In this document: positions 47,349 to 57,229 of the stretch, piece after piece
Numbering within the stretch: the stretch's first letter is position 1
Layout of the letters: every line of letters starts with the position of its first letter
DNA from: Phycisphaerales bacterium
GTDB taxonomy: Bacteria > Planctomycetota > Phycisphaerae > Sedimentisphaerales > Anaerobacaceae
Direction of reading: 5' to 3'
Length of the DNA: 64,000 bases
Assembly: GCA_020343675.1 (NCBI GenBank)
Contig: CP070806.1
Location: forward strand, 4,750,805-4,814,804
Translations under genes and position numbers: made by a program
Notes under the pieces: generated by a model
The model's input: the letters and a program-made list of their open reading frames with translations, nothing else
What the model was told of the DNA's origin: nothing
The model's database searches: none

Positions 47349-50300
47349 ATGAACCAATCCTGCATTTCTTCTGTCTTTTTGCCACAAAGACACCAAGGCA
47401 CCAAGGCCATAATATATTGTATCTTGTGTCTTTGTGCCTTCCTGGCACCATCAGGGGCCGCCGAGAAATTCACCTACGTCGATTTGATCGAGCGCCTTAC
47501 CGACCTGGAATATCTGGCCACGCTGCCCGCCCTGGGCGAGAAGTGCGCCCAGTGGTCGAGCTACGACCGCAAGAGCAAGTACGACGTCGCTTCGGGCAAA
47601 TACGTCGATTGGTCCGCCAACGGTGACGGCACCGGTATCATCCGCAAAGAGGGGAACAGTTTAGTCTTCGCCGAGATCGAAGGCCCGGCGGTCATCTGGC
47701 GCATCTGGTCGGCGCTGGCCAATCAGGGACATGTCAAGTTCTATCTCGACGGCAGCGACGAGCCGGCCATCGATTTACCCTTCGACGGTTACTTCAACTG
47801 CGAGAATGAGCCCTTCACGCGCCCGGCCCTGGTCCACACGACTGCGCGGGGACGCAACTGCTATGTACCCATTCCCTTCCAGAGATCGTGCAAAATTGTC
47901 GGCGAAGGGGATTGGGGCAGATATTATCATTTCACGTACACCACCTACCCGAAAGGCACGATAATGCCCACGTTTCGGCGTGAACTTTCTGCCGCCGAAT
48001 CAGAGGCGCTTGACAGGGCCAACGAGCTGCTCAGTCAATGCGGTGGCGATCCCGCCGACCAGCGCTCCGGCCAGGACACGATGTCAACAACGGTGACAGT
48101 TCCTCCAGGGAAGGCCGGGAGCGTTGCCAAGTTCACTGACGGGCCGCAAGCCATAACCGCCATCAAAGTGAATATGAATCTGCCCGATGCGCCGGAGGAC
48201 TGCAACGTCCTGCGCGAGCTCGTCGTGAAGATGTACTGGGATGGTGAATCCCGTCCGAGTGTTTGGGCGCCGCTGGGGGATTTCTTCGGGACGGCTCCGG
48301 GTGTGAATGCGTACAAATCTCTGCCACTGGGGATGACAGAGAAAGGGTTTTATTGCTACTGGTATATGCCCTTTGAAAAGAACGCTCTGATCGAGCTGAC
48401 CAACGATGGGGACAGGCAGCGCCAGGTCAATTTCACAATCAGCCATGCCCCGCTGACCAGACCAATTGAGATACTCGGCAGGTTTCATGCAAAGTGGCAC
48501 CGCGATGCGTACGGGCCCGAAGAGCCGGAGCGTCGCGCGATTGACTGGACGATGCTCAAGACCGAAGGCCGGGGTCGTTTTTGCGGCGTCATGCTGCACG
48601 TCTGGAATCCGAGAGGCGGATGGTGGGGCGAAGGCGACGAAAAATTCTTCGTCGATGGCGAGAAATTCCCTTCGACAATCGGCACCGGCTCGGAGGACTA
48701 TTTCGGCTACGCCTGGTGCAATCCGACGTTGTTCACGAACTGTTATCACAACCAGACCATCAGCATGAACAATCGTGGGCATATCTCCGTGAATCGGTGG
48801 CACGTCACCGACAATGTGCCGTTCCAGGAATCGTTCGAGGCTGCCATTGAGAAGTACTATTCGAACAGTAAGCCCACGCTTTACGCCTCCATCGTGTATT
48901 GGTACCAGGCGGCAGGACAGAGCGACCCGTACGGGCCTGTTCCCGTGGCCGACCGCAAAGGATACTGGGGACCGATCAAGATCTTCAAGGTTCGCGGCGC
49001 CCTGGAAGGTGAACAGATGAAAGTCCTGGCCAGGACCGGGGGCAACGCGAGACGGCAGGACCTGAGCGGATTCGGCGAGGACTGGAGCGGCGAGGCGCAC
49101 CTTTGGTGGACGGACGCCAGGCCCGGCGATACGCTCGATCTGGCGGTGCGCGTGAAAAAGGCCGGCACGTACCGATTGAACGTCGCGCTGACAAAAGCCG
49201 TGGACTATGGGATCGTTCAGCTCTACCTGGACGAAGAAAAGCTCGGCGAGCCTATCGACCTCTACAACAACGGGGTGATTCCGACAGGGCCTTTGGACAT
49301 GGGCATTCACGAATTCTACCGCGGCCCTCATGTGCTGAGAGTGGAAATCGTCGGCACGAATGAGAAGGCGGTAGAAAAGTATATGTTCGGTCTTGACTAT
49401 CTCAAGCTCGAGGACGTCGAAGCAAGTTTCTATCTGCCGGAGGACCCGTCCTATACAATTCTTGACTCGGCGCGCGATTCCGTTCGGTTCGCGCAGTTCA
49501 CCTTGGTTCCGTACAAGGGACATCTGTGCAGCAAGTCCAGCTTCGTCGATCCGAGCGGCGCCGTCATGGGCTGGCATGATTTTGGCAATCTCGAAGGCCC
49601 CGGCTGGGCGGCGAACGCCGTAGGCGGCGCGTACGAGCTTTACATGTTCGCCAGGTACAACGGGGATCCGGCCCTGGCCGAAAAGGCAATACAGCTTCTG
49701 GACCATGTCCTCGAAGACGGGTTCATTGACGAGAAGACCGGATTCATCACAGGGTATCGCGATACGGTCACAAACGAATTCTGCCTGAATTACCAGCACA
49801 AGAACAACTGGTTCTGCCCCGGATCGATGGCAAAAGTTGCATATCAGCTTCTGATTTTCGGCGACCGTTTAGACCACCGGAGACAAAACAGAACGTATCG
49901 CATCGCGACCCGGTGTGCCGCCTGGATCGACGAAAATGTCAAGTCGACGTCGAACGGCTGGTACCCCCGGCGCTGCACGCGGACCGGCAAGCACTATCCG
50001 AAAAACAGCTACGGTGACCGTGACATTCTCTTCAAGAAAAGCGCCGACGGCCTTTTCGTGATCCAGCTTTTCACGGGCCTGACCGACCGGAACCTGGCCA
50101 ACTACCGGGGCAGGATCAGAGAGAAGGTCAAAGCATTTATGGATGCAGGGGGGATATTCGGGAGCATTAATCACGACACGTCTGACGAGCATGAAAACGT
50201 GGCGTATGCCGTGGCGTTCCGTGTCTTGCGGGAAGCGGCCAAGCTGCTCGGCGACGCGGCCATTCGCGACTTTGCGTACCGCAGGTGTCTGGCGGGCCTG

Positions 50301-50666
50301 GACCAGTTCAAAATGACCGACGACAGAAACGGCGTGCGGACCAAAGGCTTGCTCTACATGGAGAAAAGCTGGGATACGGCGTACCTCTGGGAAAATGCCG
50401 AGGCGGCATTGGCATACATTGAAGCGTATATCGATACGCATCACGAGCCGTATCTTGCCGATGGATTGACGATTCTGCGCGCGATAGCCAGGCATCATCA
50501 CGGGCCGCACGGATTCCTGACCGAAGGTGTGGACTGGAACAACCACGTCGGCAAGCAGCATCATTTCGACGGGGCCGAATATGGGGACATCAAGTACACC
50601 GAGCCGCTGCTGAATAATCTGCACATTGTCGAGCCGACATTACTGGCCGCAGGTCTCAAACAATAG
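47349..50666 (+). CDS. GH172 (DUF2961)-family glycoside hydrolase fused to a beta-sandwich domain and a C-terminal alpha/alpha-barrel-like domain
   Basis: 1105-aa ORF with a signal peptide. The DUF2961 signatures GEGDEKFFVDGE and GTGSEDYFGYAW are present. A middle CBM-like segment (aa ~560-700) is followed by a helical repeat domain of about 400 aa (WDTAYLWENAEAALAYIEAY) resembling AGE/GH-type (alpha/alpha)6 barrels. Confidence 0.65.
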   Translation: MNQSCISSVFLPQRHQGTKAIIYCILCLCAFLAPSGAAEKFTYVDLIERLTDLEYLATLPALGEKCAQWSSYDRKSKYDVASGKYVDWSANGDGTGIIRKEGNSLVFAEIEGPAVIWRIWSALANQGHVKFYLDGSDEPAIDLPFDGYFNCENEPFTRPALVHTTARGRNCYVPIPFQRSCKIVGEGDWGRYYHFTYTTYPKGTIMPTFRRELSAAESEALDRANELLSQCGGDPADQRSGQDTMSTTVTVPPGKAGSVAKFTDGPQAITAIKVNMNLPDAPEDCNVLRELVVKMYWDGESRPSVWAPLGDFFGTAPGVNAYKSLPLGMTEKGFYCYWYMPFEKNALIELTNDGDRQRQVNFTISHAPLTRPIEILGRFHAKWHRDAYGPEEPERRAIDWTMLKTEGRGRFCGVMLHVWNPRGGWWGEGDEKFFVDGEKFPSTIGTGSEDYFGYAWCNPTLFTNCYHNQTISMNNRGHISVNRWHVTDNVPFQESFEAAIEKYYSNSKPTLYASIVYWYQAAGQSDPYGPVPVADRKGYWGPIKIFKVRGALEGEQMKVLARTGGNARRQDLSGFGEDWSGEAHLWWTDARPGDTLDLAVRVKKAGTYRLNVALTKAVDYGIVQLYLDEEKLGEPIDLYNNGVIPTGPLDMGIHEFYRGPHVLRVEIVGTNEKAVEKYMFGLDYLKLEDVEASFYLPEDPSYTILDSARDSVRFAQFTLVPYKGHLCSKSSFVDPSGAVMGWHDFGNLEGPGWAANAVGGAYELYMFARYNGDPALAEKAIQLLDHVLEDGFIDEKTGFITGYRDTVTNEFCLNYQHKNNWFCPGSMAKVAYQLLIFGDRLDHRRQNRTYRIATRCAAWIDENVKSTSNGWYPRRCTRTGKHYPKNSYGDRDILFKKSADGLFVIQLFTGLTDRNLANYRGRIREKVKAFMDAGGIFGSINHDTSDEHENVAYAVAFRVLREAAKLLGDAAIRDFAYRRCLAGLDQFKMTDDRNGVRTKGLLYMEKSWDTAYLWENAEAALAYIEAYIDTHHEPYLADGLTILRAIARHHHGPHGFLTEGVDWNNHVGKQHHFDGAEYGDIKYTEPLLNNLHIVEPTLLAAGLKQ

Positions 50667-50731
50667 CTTGGGGGGAACGAGAAAGTCTGAATCGCAGTTA
50701 CATCGCGCACACATAGTAGTAGGAGTGAACC

Positions 50732-53700
50732 ATGAAAAAACTACTTGCGGCTGTCCTTGGATTGGTCATGTTCGGTTCTTTTGTGGTGTGTCAGAGCCTG
50801 GCCGGAGGGGGCGACGAGCCGGCCGGGCATCTTGTCCCGGCGGACAAGGGAATCTCAAGGGCGGCGATGGAGCGTCTTTTTGAGCGGGGCGAACGAGAAA
50901 TCTATACAGGCAAAGACCTCGAGACCATCGGGATGCCGGTCGGCGGCATCGGGGCCGGGCAGCTTTATCTGCGGGGTGACGGAACGCTGGGCGTCTGGCA
51001 AATCTTCAACCGTCACGTATTCAGCGGCTATGGCTCGAACTGCTATCGCACGTACAGGCCGGATTCCCCCGTGGACTCGGGCTTCGCAGTGGTGGTCGAG
51101 AAAGGCGGCGAGACGCTTGCCAAAACGCTGGACCGGAATTTCGGGACGGTGGAATTTTCCGGCGAATACCCCATCGGCGTGGTTCGGTACCACGACGCGG
51201 GATTCCCCGTGAGCGTCTCCATGCGAGCCGGGTCTGCTTTTATCCCTCTCAACGCGCAGGATTCGGCTCTTCCGGCAACGCTGTTCAATATCACTATTGA
51301 GAACACGTCCGATGAGAATCTGAAGGTGGGCCTTGTGGGATGGCTTGAGAACGCAGTGCTGATTGATTCGGCTAAAGCCGTTCATGCGCTTCGACGAAGC
51401 CGGCTCGTGACAGAGAAGGGACGCGCCATGATCGCTCACACGGCCGAGAAAGCGCCGCTGCCTGACGGGGCGGTCCCCCCAAGGCCGTCAATCGTTCTGG
51501 CGGATTTTGAAGGTCCTGACTACGGCCAGTGGAAAACCGCCGGAAAAGCCTTCGGGCAAGGTCCGGCTAAGGGTACGCTCGGGGGCCAGCAGAAGGTCAG
51601 CGGCTTTGAAGGACAAGGACTCGTCAATACCTTCTTAGGCGGGGATGGACCGCATGGGACACTCACCTCGCCGCCGTTTGAAATCTCTCGCAAATTCATC
51701 AACTTCCTCATCGGCGGCGGAAGACACGCGGGCAAGACCTGCATGAACCTGTTCGTGGAAGGGAAAATCGTACGGACCGCCGTGGGCGCGAATAATGAAA
51801 GGCTCGATTGGAATTTCTGGAACGTCGAGGAATTCGACGGCAAGACGGCCAAGATACAAATCGTTGACAGCTTCTCCGGCGGCTGGGGACATATCAACAT
51901 TGACCAGATTGAGTTCTCGGATGAGCCCCGCAAGGGACCTGTCGGTCCCATTGAAAAGTTGCCGGACTTCGGAACAATGACCCTGACCTTTATGGGCAAA
52001 GGCGCTTCGGCGAACGAGGCCGAAAAGCTGCTTGCGCGCCTCGGTGACCGTGAGGTGAGAATCCATGCTGAGAAGGACGTTACTTACCCCGTGACCGAAA
52101 GGCGCAGCGCCGCCCTGGCGGCTCGGGCCGTGGCGCTGGAACCGGGCGGCAGGCGTGTCTTGAGCTTCGTCCTGGCTTGGTTCTTCCCGAACCATCAGAA
52201 CGGCCACGAATACGCCAACCGTTTCGACGGTGCTGGTGCGGTCGCGCATTACGTGTTGGACAACTGGGGCCGCCTGACTGTCGAGACCGCCAGGTGGCAC
52301 GAGACCTATTACGAGCAGAGCACACTGCCTCGATGGCTGCTGTTCCGTCTGCATTCGACCGTGTGCAATCTGGCGACGGACACGTGCCAGTGGTGGAAGG
52401 ACGGGCGGTTCTGGGCCTGGGAAGGCGTTGGTTGCTGCACCGGAACGTGTACCCACGTGTGGAACTATGCCCACGCACCGGCGCGGCTGTTCCCCGAGCT
52501 TGAGCGCAGCGCCCGCGAGATCCAGGATTTGGGCGAAGGTTTCGATTCCGGCTCCGGCCTGGTCGGCTTCAGGAGCAATCGCGCATACGCCGCCGATGGC
52601 CAGTGCGGCACTGTCTTGAAGGCTTATCGCGAGCACCAAATGTCCCCTGACAGCGCCTTCCTGAGACGGAACTGGCCTCGCATCAGGAATGTGCTGGAGT
52701 TTTCGATAGCGCGAGACGGCAACGACGACGGTCTGATCGAGGACAGCCAGCACAATACGTACGATATCAACTTCGAGGGACCGAACACGTTTGTCGGTTC
52801 GCTTTACTTAGCAGCCTTGCGAGCCGGCGAACAGATGGCAAAAGAAATGGGTGATGAGCCGTTCGCCCGGCGCTGCCGGAGGATTTTCGAGAGCGGAGGC
52901 AGGCTCACCGTCGAGCGGCTTTGGGACGGCCAATACTTCATCCAGCGTGTTGATCTCAAGGAGCATCCCAAGCACCAGTATGCAACGGGGTGCCTTTCCG
53001 ACCAGCTCTTCGGCCAGGGCTGGGCCCATCAACTGGGTCTGGGCTACATTTATCCGGCCGAACATATTAGGAAGGCTCTGCAGGCGGTCTGGAAATACAA
53101 CTGGACACCCGACGTCGGACCGTACAACGCCGTACATAAGCCGGAGCGCTGGTTTGCCCGACCCGGAGAGCCCGGGCTGTTTACCTGCACGTGGCCCAGG
53201 AGCCCCTTCATGGAAGCTGGCGTCCGTTACAAGAGCGAGGTCTGGACGGGTATTGAATATCAGGTGGCCGGCCACATGGTCTGGGAAGGAATGGTCGAGC
53301 AGGCCCTCGCTATTTGTCACGGCATCCACCGGCGTTATCACCCCGCCAAGCACAATCCGTTCAACGAAGTCGAGTGCGGCGACCACTACGCCCGGGCCAT
53401 GGCAAGCTGGGGTGTTTATACGGCTCTTGCCGGTTATGAATATGACGGCCCGAAGGACCATATCGGTTTTGCGCCAAGGATGACGCCGGAGAACTTCTGT
53501 GCGGCTTTCACCGCCGCGGAGGGCTGGGGGAGATTCGCCCAGCAGCGGAACGCCGGGCGACAGCATGAGCAAATCAGTGTACGCTGGGGTAAGTTGAGCG
53601 TAAGAACCCTGGCCTTTGCGGTTGCCGAGCAGTTCCGCGCAGTCAGGGTGGCAGTCACGTTGGACGGCAGAGCAATCCCAAGCAACCACACCCTCAAGAA

Positions 53701-53788
53701 CGGACGTCTTGCAATCACCCTGATGAATAAGCTGGTGGTCTCCGAGGGTCAAACACTGTCAATCGGCATTGACGCCAAAGGCCAATGA
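50732..53788 (+). CDS. GH116-family (GBA2-type) beta-glycosidase with an inserted concanavalin-like domain
   Basis: 1018-aa ORF with a signal peptide. The GBA2_N motif MPVGGIGAGQLYLRGDG is present. The catalytic-domain motifs are DSQHNTYDINFEGPNTF and SDQLFGQGWAHQLGLG. An insert of about 170 aa (FEGPDYGQWKTAGKAFG...FINFLIGGG...INIDQIEFSDEP) interrupts the N-terminal domain. Confidence 0.75.
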   Translation: MKKLLAAVLGLVMFGSFVVCQSLAGGGDEPAGHLVPADKGISRAAMERLFERGEREIYTGKDLETIGMPVGGIGAGQLYLRGDGTLGVWQIFNRHVFSGYGSNCYRTYRPDSPVDSGFAVVVEKGGETLAKTLDRNFGTVEFSGEYPIGVVRYHDAGFPVSVSMRAGSAFIPLNAQDSALPATLFNITIENTSDENLKVGLVGWLENAVLIDSAKAVHALRRSRLVTEKGRAMIAHTAEKAPLPDGAVPPRPSIVLADFEGPDYGQWKTAGKAFGQGPAKGTLGGQQKVSGFEGQGLVNTFLGGDGPHGTLTSPPFEISRKFINFLIGGGRHAGKTCMNLFVEGKIVRTAVGANNERLDWNFWNVEEFDGKTAKIQIVDSFSGGWGHINIDQIEFSDEPRKGPVGPIEKLPDFGTMTLTFMGKGASANEAEKLLARLGDREVRIHAEKDVTYPVTERRSAALAARAVALEPGGRRVLSFVLAWFFPNHQNGHEYANRFDGAGAVAHYVLDNWGRLTVETARWHETYYEQSTLPRWLLFRLHSTVCNLATDTCQWWKDGRFWAWEGVGCCTGTCTHVWNYAHAPARLFPELERSAREIQDLGEGFDSGSGLVGFRSNRAYAADGQCGTVLKAYREHQMSPDSAFLRRNWPRIRNVLEFSIARDGNDDGLIEDSQHNTYDINFEGPNTFVGSLYLAALRAGEQMAKEMGDEPFARRCRRIFESGGRLTVERLWDGQYFIQRVDLKEHPKHQYATGCLSDQLFGQGWAHQLGLGYIYPAEHIRKALQAVWKYNWTPDVGPYNAVHKPERWFARPGEPGLFTCTWPRSPFMEAGVRYKSEVWTGIEYQVAGHMVWEGMVEQALAICHGIHRRYHPAKHNPFNEVECGDHYARAMASWGVYTALAGYEYDGPKDHIGFAPRMTPENFCAAFTAAEGWGRFAQQRNAGRQHEQISVRWGKLSVRTLAFAVAEQFRAVRVAVTLDGRAIPSNHTLKNGRLAITLMNKLVVSEGQTLSIGIDAKGQ

Positions 53789-53841
53789 TAGAGACGTTCA
53801 CCCCGGATTTGCCAAGGAGTGTGTGACAAGGAGCCAAAACA

Positions 53842-55290
53842 GTGCAAACACGTCGTGATTTTTTATTGAGCCTGATGACAGCGGCTGTCGCCGGCCCTGC
53901 TTTATCCCGTGCGCATGCCGAGTCCGTCGTCGATCAGAAACGAAAACCCAACATGATAGTGTTCCTGTCCGACGACCACGGCTGCCTGGATACCCCGGTC
54001 TATGGAGGCAAGGTCGTCAAAACCCCGACGATGCAAAGGCTGGCCGAGAACGGCATGGTATTCGATCAGGCCTTTATCGCATCGCCTGCATGCGGCCCCA
54101 GTCGTGCCGCCTTGTTAAGCGGACTGATGCCGGCTCGCAACGGCGCTGAACCCAACCACACTCTGCCCCGTCCCGAAACCCAGACCATGGTGAAGCTGCT
54201 TCAGAAGCAGGGCTACGAGGTGGTGGCATTTGGGAAGGTGGCTCACGGCAGGAAGCACCCGCACATAGTCGGATTCGATCACTGGCAGGATGCACGGCGC
54301 GAGCAGATCGTCAAGCTGGTCAGGAAGTTTTTTCAAAGCCGCACATCAGATCGGCCGCTATGCCTGATGGTAGGAGATCATCGGCCTCATGTGGCGTGGA
54401 TCAAGGAAAGCATCTATGATCCGGATGAAGTGGTATTGCCCGAGCATTTCGTGGATACAAAAGAGACGCGCCAACACTGGGCACGCTACTTGACCGATGT
54501 GACCGGTATGGATGCGACGATGGGCGAGGTGGACCGCATGGCACGTGAGCATTTCGGCACTGATGATTACCTTTTTATGTATAGTGCCGACCATGGAGCC
54601 CAGTGGCCGTTTGGAAAATGGAATCTCTACGACGCAGGTATGCGCACGCCCATGATCTTTCGTTGGCCCGGAAAAATCGCATCAGGAGTGCGGACAAAGG
54701 CCATGGTGAGCTGGGTGGACGTGATGCCGACACTCATCGAGTTTGCCGGCGGGGCGGTTCCTGAGAATATCGACGGTAGATCCTTTTCAGACGTACTGCT
54801 GGGTAAGAGCGATACCCATCGTGATGTCATCTACACGACCCACAGCGGTGACGGTGTCATGAACGTCTATCCCATTCGAGCTGTCCGGACCAGGCAGTTT
54901 AAGTATATCCGCAATCTGCGGCCGGATTGCTATCACTCAAACCATTCGGACATCCTGCGCAGAGATGGCGCAGGCGCCTACTGGGACTCCTGGGATGAAG
55001 CTGCCAAGAGCGATCCGAAGGCTGCCGCTGTCATCGCCAAGTACTATCAGCGTTCGGAAGTCGAGTTCTATGATCTGACGAAGGATCCAACCGAGCAACA
55101 CAATCTGGCCGATAAACCGCAATATGAAGCGCATATCGAAAGAATGTCCTCCATGCTCGACGAGTGGATGGAACAGCAGGGAGATCGGCAGAAGGTATTT
55201 CGCGAACCATACCCCGTGTCCGGTCCTCTGCCCCATGTGGTTTTGCAGGAGAAGAATCGGATTGAAAAAGGTTCAAAGAAGAAAAAGTGA
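53842..55290 (+). CDS. Sulfatase (TAT-exported)
   Basis: The GTG start lies 8 nt after the SD AAGGAG. The TAT signal is MQTRRDFLLSLMTAAVAG. Motifs FLSDDHGCLD and CGPSRAALLSG (CxPxR) are present. Confidence 0.85.
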   Translation: MQTRRDFLLSLMTAAVAGPALSRAHAESVVDQKRKPNMIVFLSDDHGCLDTPVYGGKVVKTPTMQRLAENGMVFDQAFIASPACGPSRAALLSGLMPARNGAEPNHTLPRPETQTMVKLLQKQGYEVVAFGKVAHGRKHPHIVGFDHWQDARREQIVKLVRKFFQSRTSDRPLCLMVGDHRPHVAWIKESIYDPDEVVLPEHFVDTKETRQHWARYLTDVTGMDATMGEVDRMAREHFGTDDYLFMYSADHGAQWPFGKWNLYDAGMRTPMIFRWPGKIASGVRTKAMVSWVDVMPTLIEFAGGAVPENIDGRSFSDVLLGKSDTHRDVIYTTHSGDGVMNVYPIRAVRTRQFKYIRNLRPDCYHSNHSDILRRDGAGAYWDSWDEAAKSDPKAAAVIAKYYQRSEVEFYDLTKDPTEQHNLADKPQYEAHIERMSSMLDEWMEQQGDRQKVFREPYPVSGPLPHVVLQEKNRIEKGSKKKK

Positions 55291-55465
55291 ATGAAGCCAT
55301 TGTGTGGTCTGGAGGTTAGACTCGTCGCCGTAAACCGACCTTGGCAGAAATTGAATTCAAACCCGACGGCAGCATTCAGCCTGTTATGCCAATCGATGTG
55401 GGACGATTCATTATAATAGTCAAGAGGTATAGGGAACACAACTCGTTCTTTACACTAGTGAGAAT

Positions 55466-56038
55466 ATGATGGTGAGAGATCTGATTGTCAAAAACAGAAC
55501 CTGCAGGCGCTTCCGGCAAGACGTTGTTGTGGAGCGCGAGACTTTGCGCGAGCTTGTCGATCTTGCGAGGCTCTCGGCCTCGGCGGCCAATATGCAGCCG
55601 CTCAAGTATGTCCTCTCGTGGGAGCCGCAGAAGAACGCTCATATTTTTCCGCATCTCGGCTGGGCGGGCTATCTGAAGGATTGGCCGGGGCCGTGTGAAG
55701 GTGAAAGGCCATCCGCATATATCATTATACTCGGCGATACCCGCATAAGCCGGTATTTCGGCTGTGACCACGGGATCGCCGCCCAGAGCATTCTGCTCGG
55801 CGCAGCCGAGAACGGTCTGGCCGGCTGCATGATCGGCACGGTTCAGAGGCAACAACTCCGAAACGCTTTGGATATCCCCTCGCATTTCGAGATACTCCTG
55901 GTCCTTGCACTTGGCAAGCCTGCCGAGACAGTCGTGCTCGAAACTGCCGAACCAGCCGGAGACATTCAGTACTGGCGCGATGCCAACGGTGTACACCACG
56001 TGCCCAAGCGAGCGTTGGATGATATCATTATCGATTAG
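55466..56038 (+). CDS. Nitroreductase-family protein
   Basis: 190-aa ORF with nitroreductase-like layout (RTCRRFRQD..., SAANMQPLKY, GIAAQSILLGAAENGLAGC). Confidence 0.7.
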   Translation: MMVRDLIVKNRTCRRFRQDVVVERETLRELVDLARLSASAANMQPLKYVLSWEPQKNAHIFPHLGWAGYLKDWPGPCEGERPSAYIIILGDTRISRYFGCDHGIAAQSILLGAAENGLAGCMIGTVQRQQLRNALDIPSHFEILLVLALGKPAETVVLETAEPAGDIQYWRDANGVHHVPKRALDDIIID

Positions 56039-56284
56039 GCCGGGCCTCTGCTCAGGAGGCCTGCGGGCAGTGTGTTTTGTCCTTGCTTGCCCCCCGTCGT
56101 GTCGGTCTCGGCATCCAGCACTTCTGCCGGACAAATCCGCAAAAATCTTCTTGTATTGTTTACAGATGGCGGCAAAATGTTACATTGTTTGCCTTGCCCG
56201 TCGCCCGGAAAAGAGAGTCGGTGCAAGTGAGGGGATGGAATCGTAAATCGATGATATAGTAAGCTTTAGATCAAGGAGTACATT

Positions 56285-57181
56285 ATGAAAAAGATATCGA
56301 TTGGATCATGGGCCTATACGATCGGCCCTTACGCGGACAATCCGGTAGCATGGGAGGAGGTCATCAAGAAGCTGGCGGAGCTGGGTTTCGACGGCGTAGA
56401 ACTGGGTGGTTTCCCCCCGCACCCGAACCCGGACGACATGCCCGACAGACAGCAGCGGGATGCGTGTAAGCAACAGGTGGCGGACCTTGGGCTTGGCTGG
56501 TCGGGTTTGGCCGCCAATCTGTGGAGCCAGCACCTCATTGATACCGATGACAATTCGGCTTATGTCGACTGTTTTCGTCAGAATCTGCAGTTCTGTGTCG
56601 ATCTTGGAATCCCGGCGATCCGCGTCGATTGCGTTCAGCCGCCGACGATTTTCGAGACGGTAGATCCCGATACGGCGCTCAAGCGGGTCGTGGAGACCTG
56701 GAAGATCTGTGCCGCTGATGCGGCCGACGCGGGCATCCGCATGGCCTGGGAATTTGAGCCGGGTTTTGCGTTCAACAAGCCCTCGGATATCGTGCGAATC
56801 GTCGAGCAGGTCGATCACGACAATTTCGGTGTGATGTTCGATGCCTGCCACGGTTACATGGTCGCCGCCACCGGCGCCCGGCAGCCGGGCGAGAAGGAAA
56901 TCCTTCCCGGCGGTGTGGTCGAACTGGCGCGGAAACTCCGCGGGAAGATCAATCACATCCACCTGATCGATTCGGACGGCACGCTGCACGACAATGAGAC
57001 ATCGACCCATGCACCCTTTGGCGAGGGCAAAATCGATTTCGACGAATTGATGCCGGAGTTGGCAAAGAACGACATGGGGCACGACTGGTGGACGATTGAC
57101 TTGTGCTTCTGGGCCGATGCCTGGACGGTGACGGCCAAGTGCAAGCAAGCCGTGGATGAGCTCAACAAGAAGTATGGATAA
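56285..57181 (+). CDS. Xylose-isomerase-like TIM-barrel protein (sugar phosphate isomerase/epimerase family), cytoplasmic
   Basis: 298-aa ORF with the SD AAGGAG upstream and no signal peptide. Family-type metal-ligand context is seen in WEFEPG, FDACHGY and HIHLIDSDG. Confidence 0.7.
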   Translation: MKKISIGSWAYTIGPYADNPVAWEEVIKKLAELGFDGVELGGFPPHPNPDDMPDRQQRDACKQQVADLGLGWSGLAANLWSQHLIDTDDNSAYVDCFRQNLQFCVDLGIPAIRVDCVQPPTIFETVDPDTALKRVVETWKICAADAADAGIRMAWEFEPGFAFNKPSDIVRIVEQVDHDNFGVMFDACHGYMVAATGARQPGEKEILPGGVVELARKLRGKINHIHLIDSDGTLHDNETSTHAPFGEGKIDFDELMPELAKNDMGHDWWTIDLCFWADAWTVTAKCKQAVDELNKKYG

Positions 57182-57229
57182 CTGAGACTCCTCTGGCGCT
57201 CCAGGGGAGCCTATATCGGGAGGAATCTT

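Noticed and set aside
48084-49799. Very long antisense ORFs opposite confidently assigned genes. Examples: 571 aa at 48084-49799 (-), 423 aa at 38539-39810 (-), 396 aa at 32656-33846 (+), 380 aa at 28945-30087 (+), 372 aa at 51635-52753 (-), and the ~347-aa ORFs at 56306-57349, 57410-58450 and 61538-62581 (-).
   Set aside because: The opposite strand in each case encodes a protein with clear family motifs (GH172, TrpE, AraB, TPR, GH116, TIM barrel, Gfo/Idh/MocA, AKR). The antisense translations are Arg/Gly/Pro/Ala-rich and low-complexity, with no motifs. These are typical shadow ORFs of GC-rich, codon-biased DNA.
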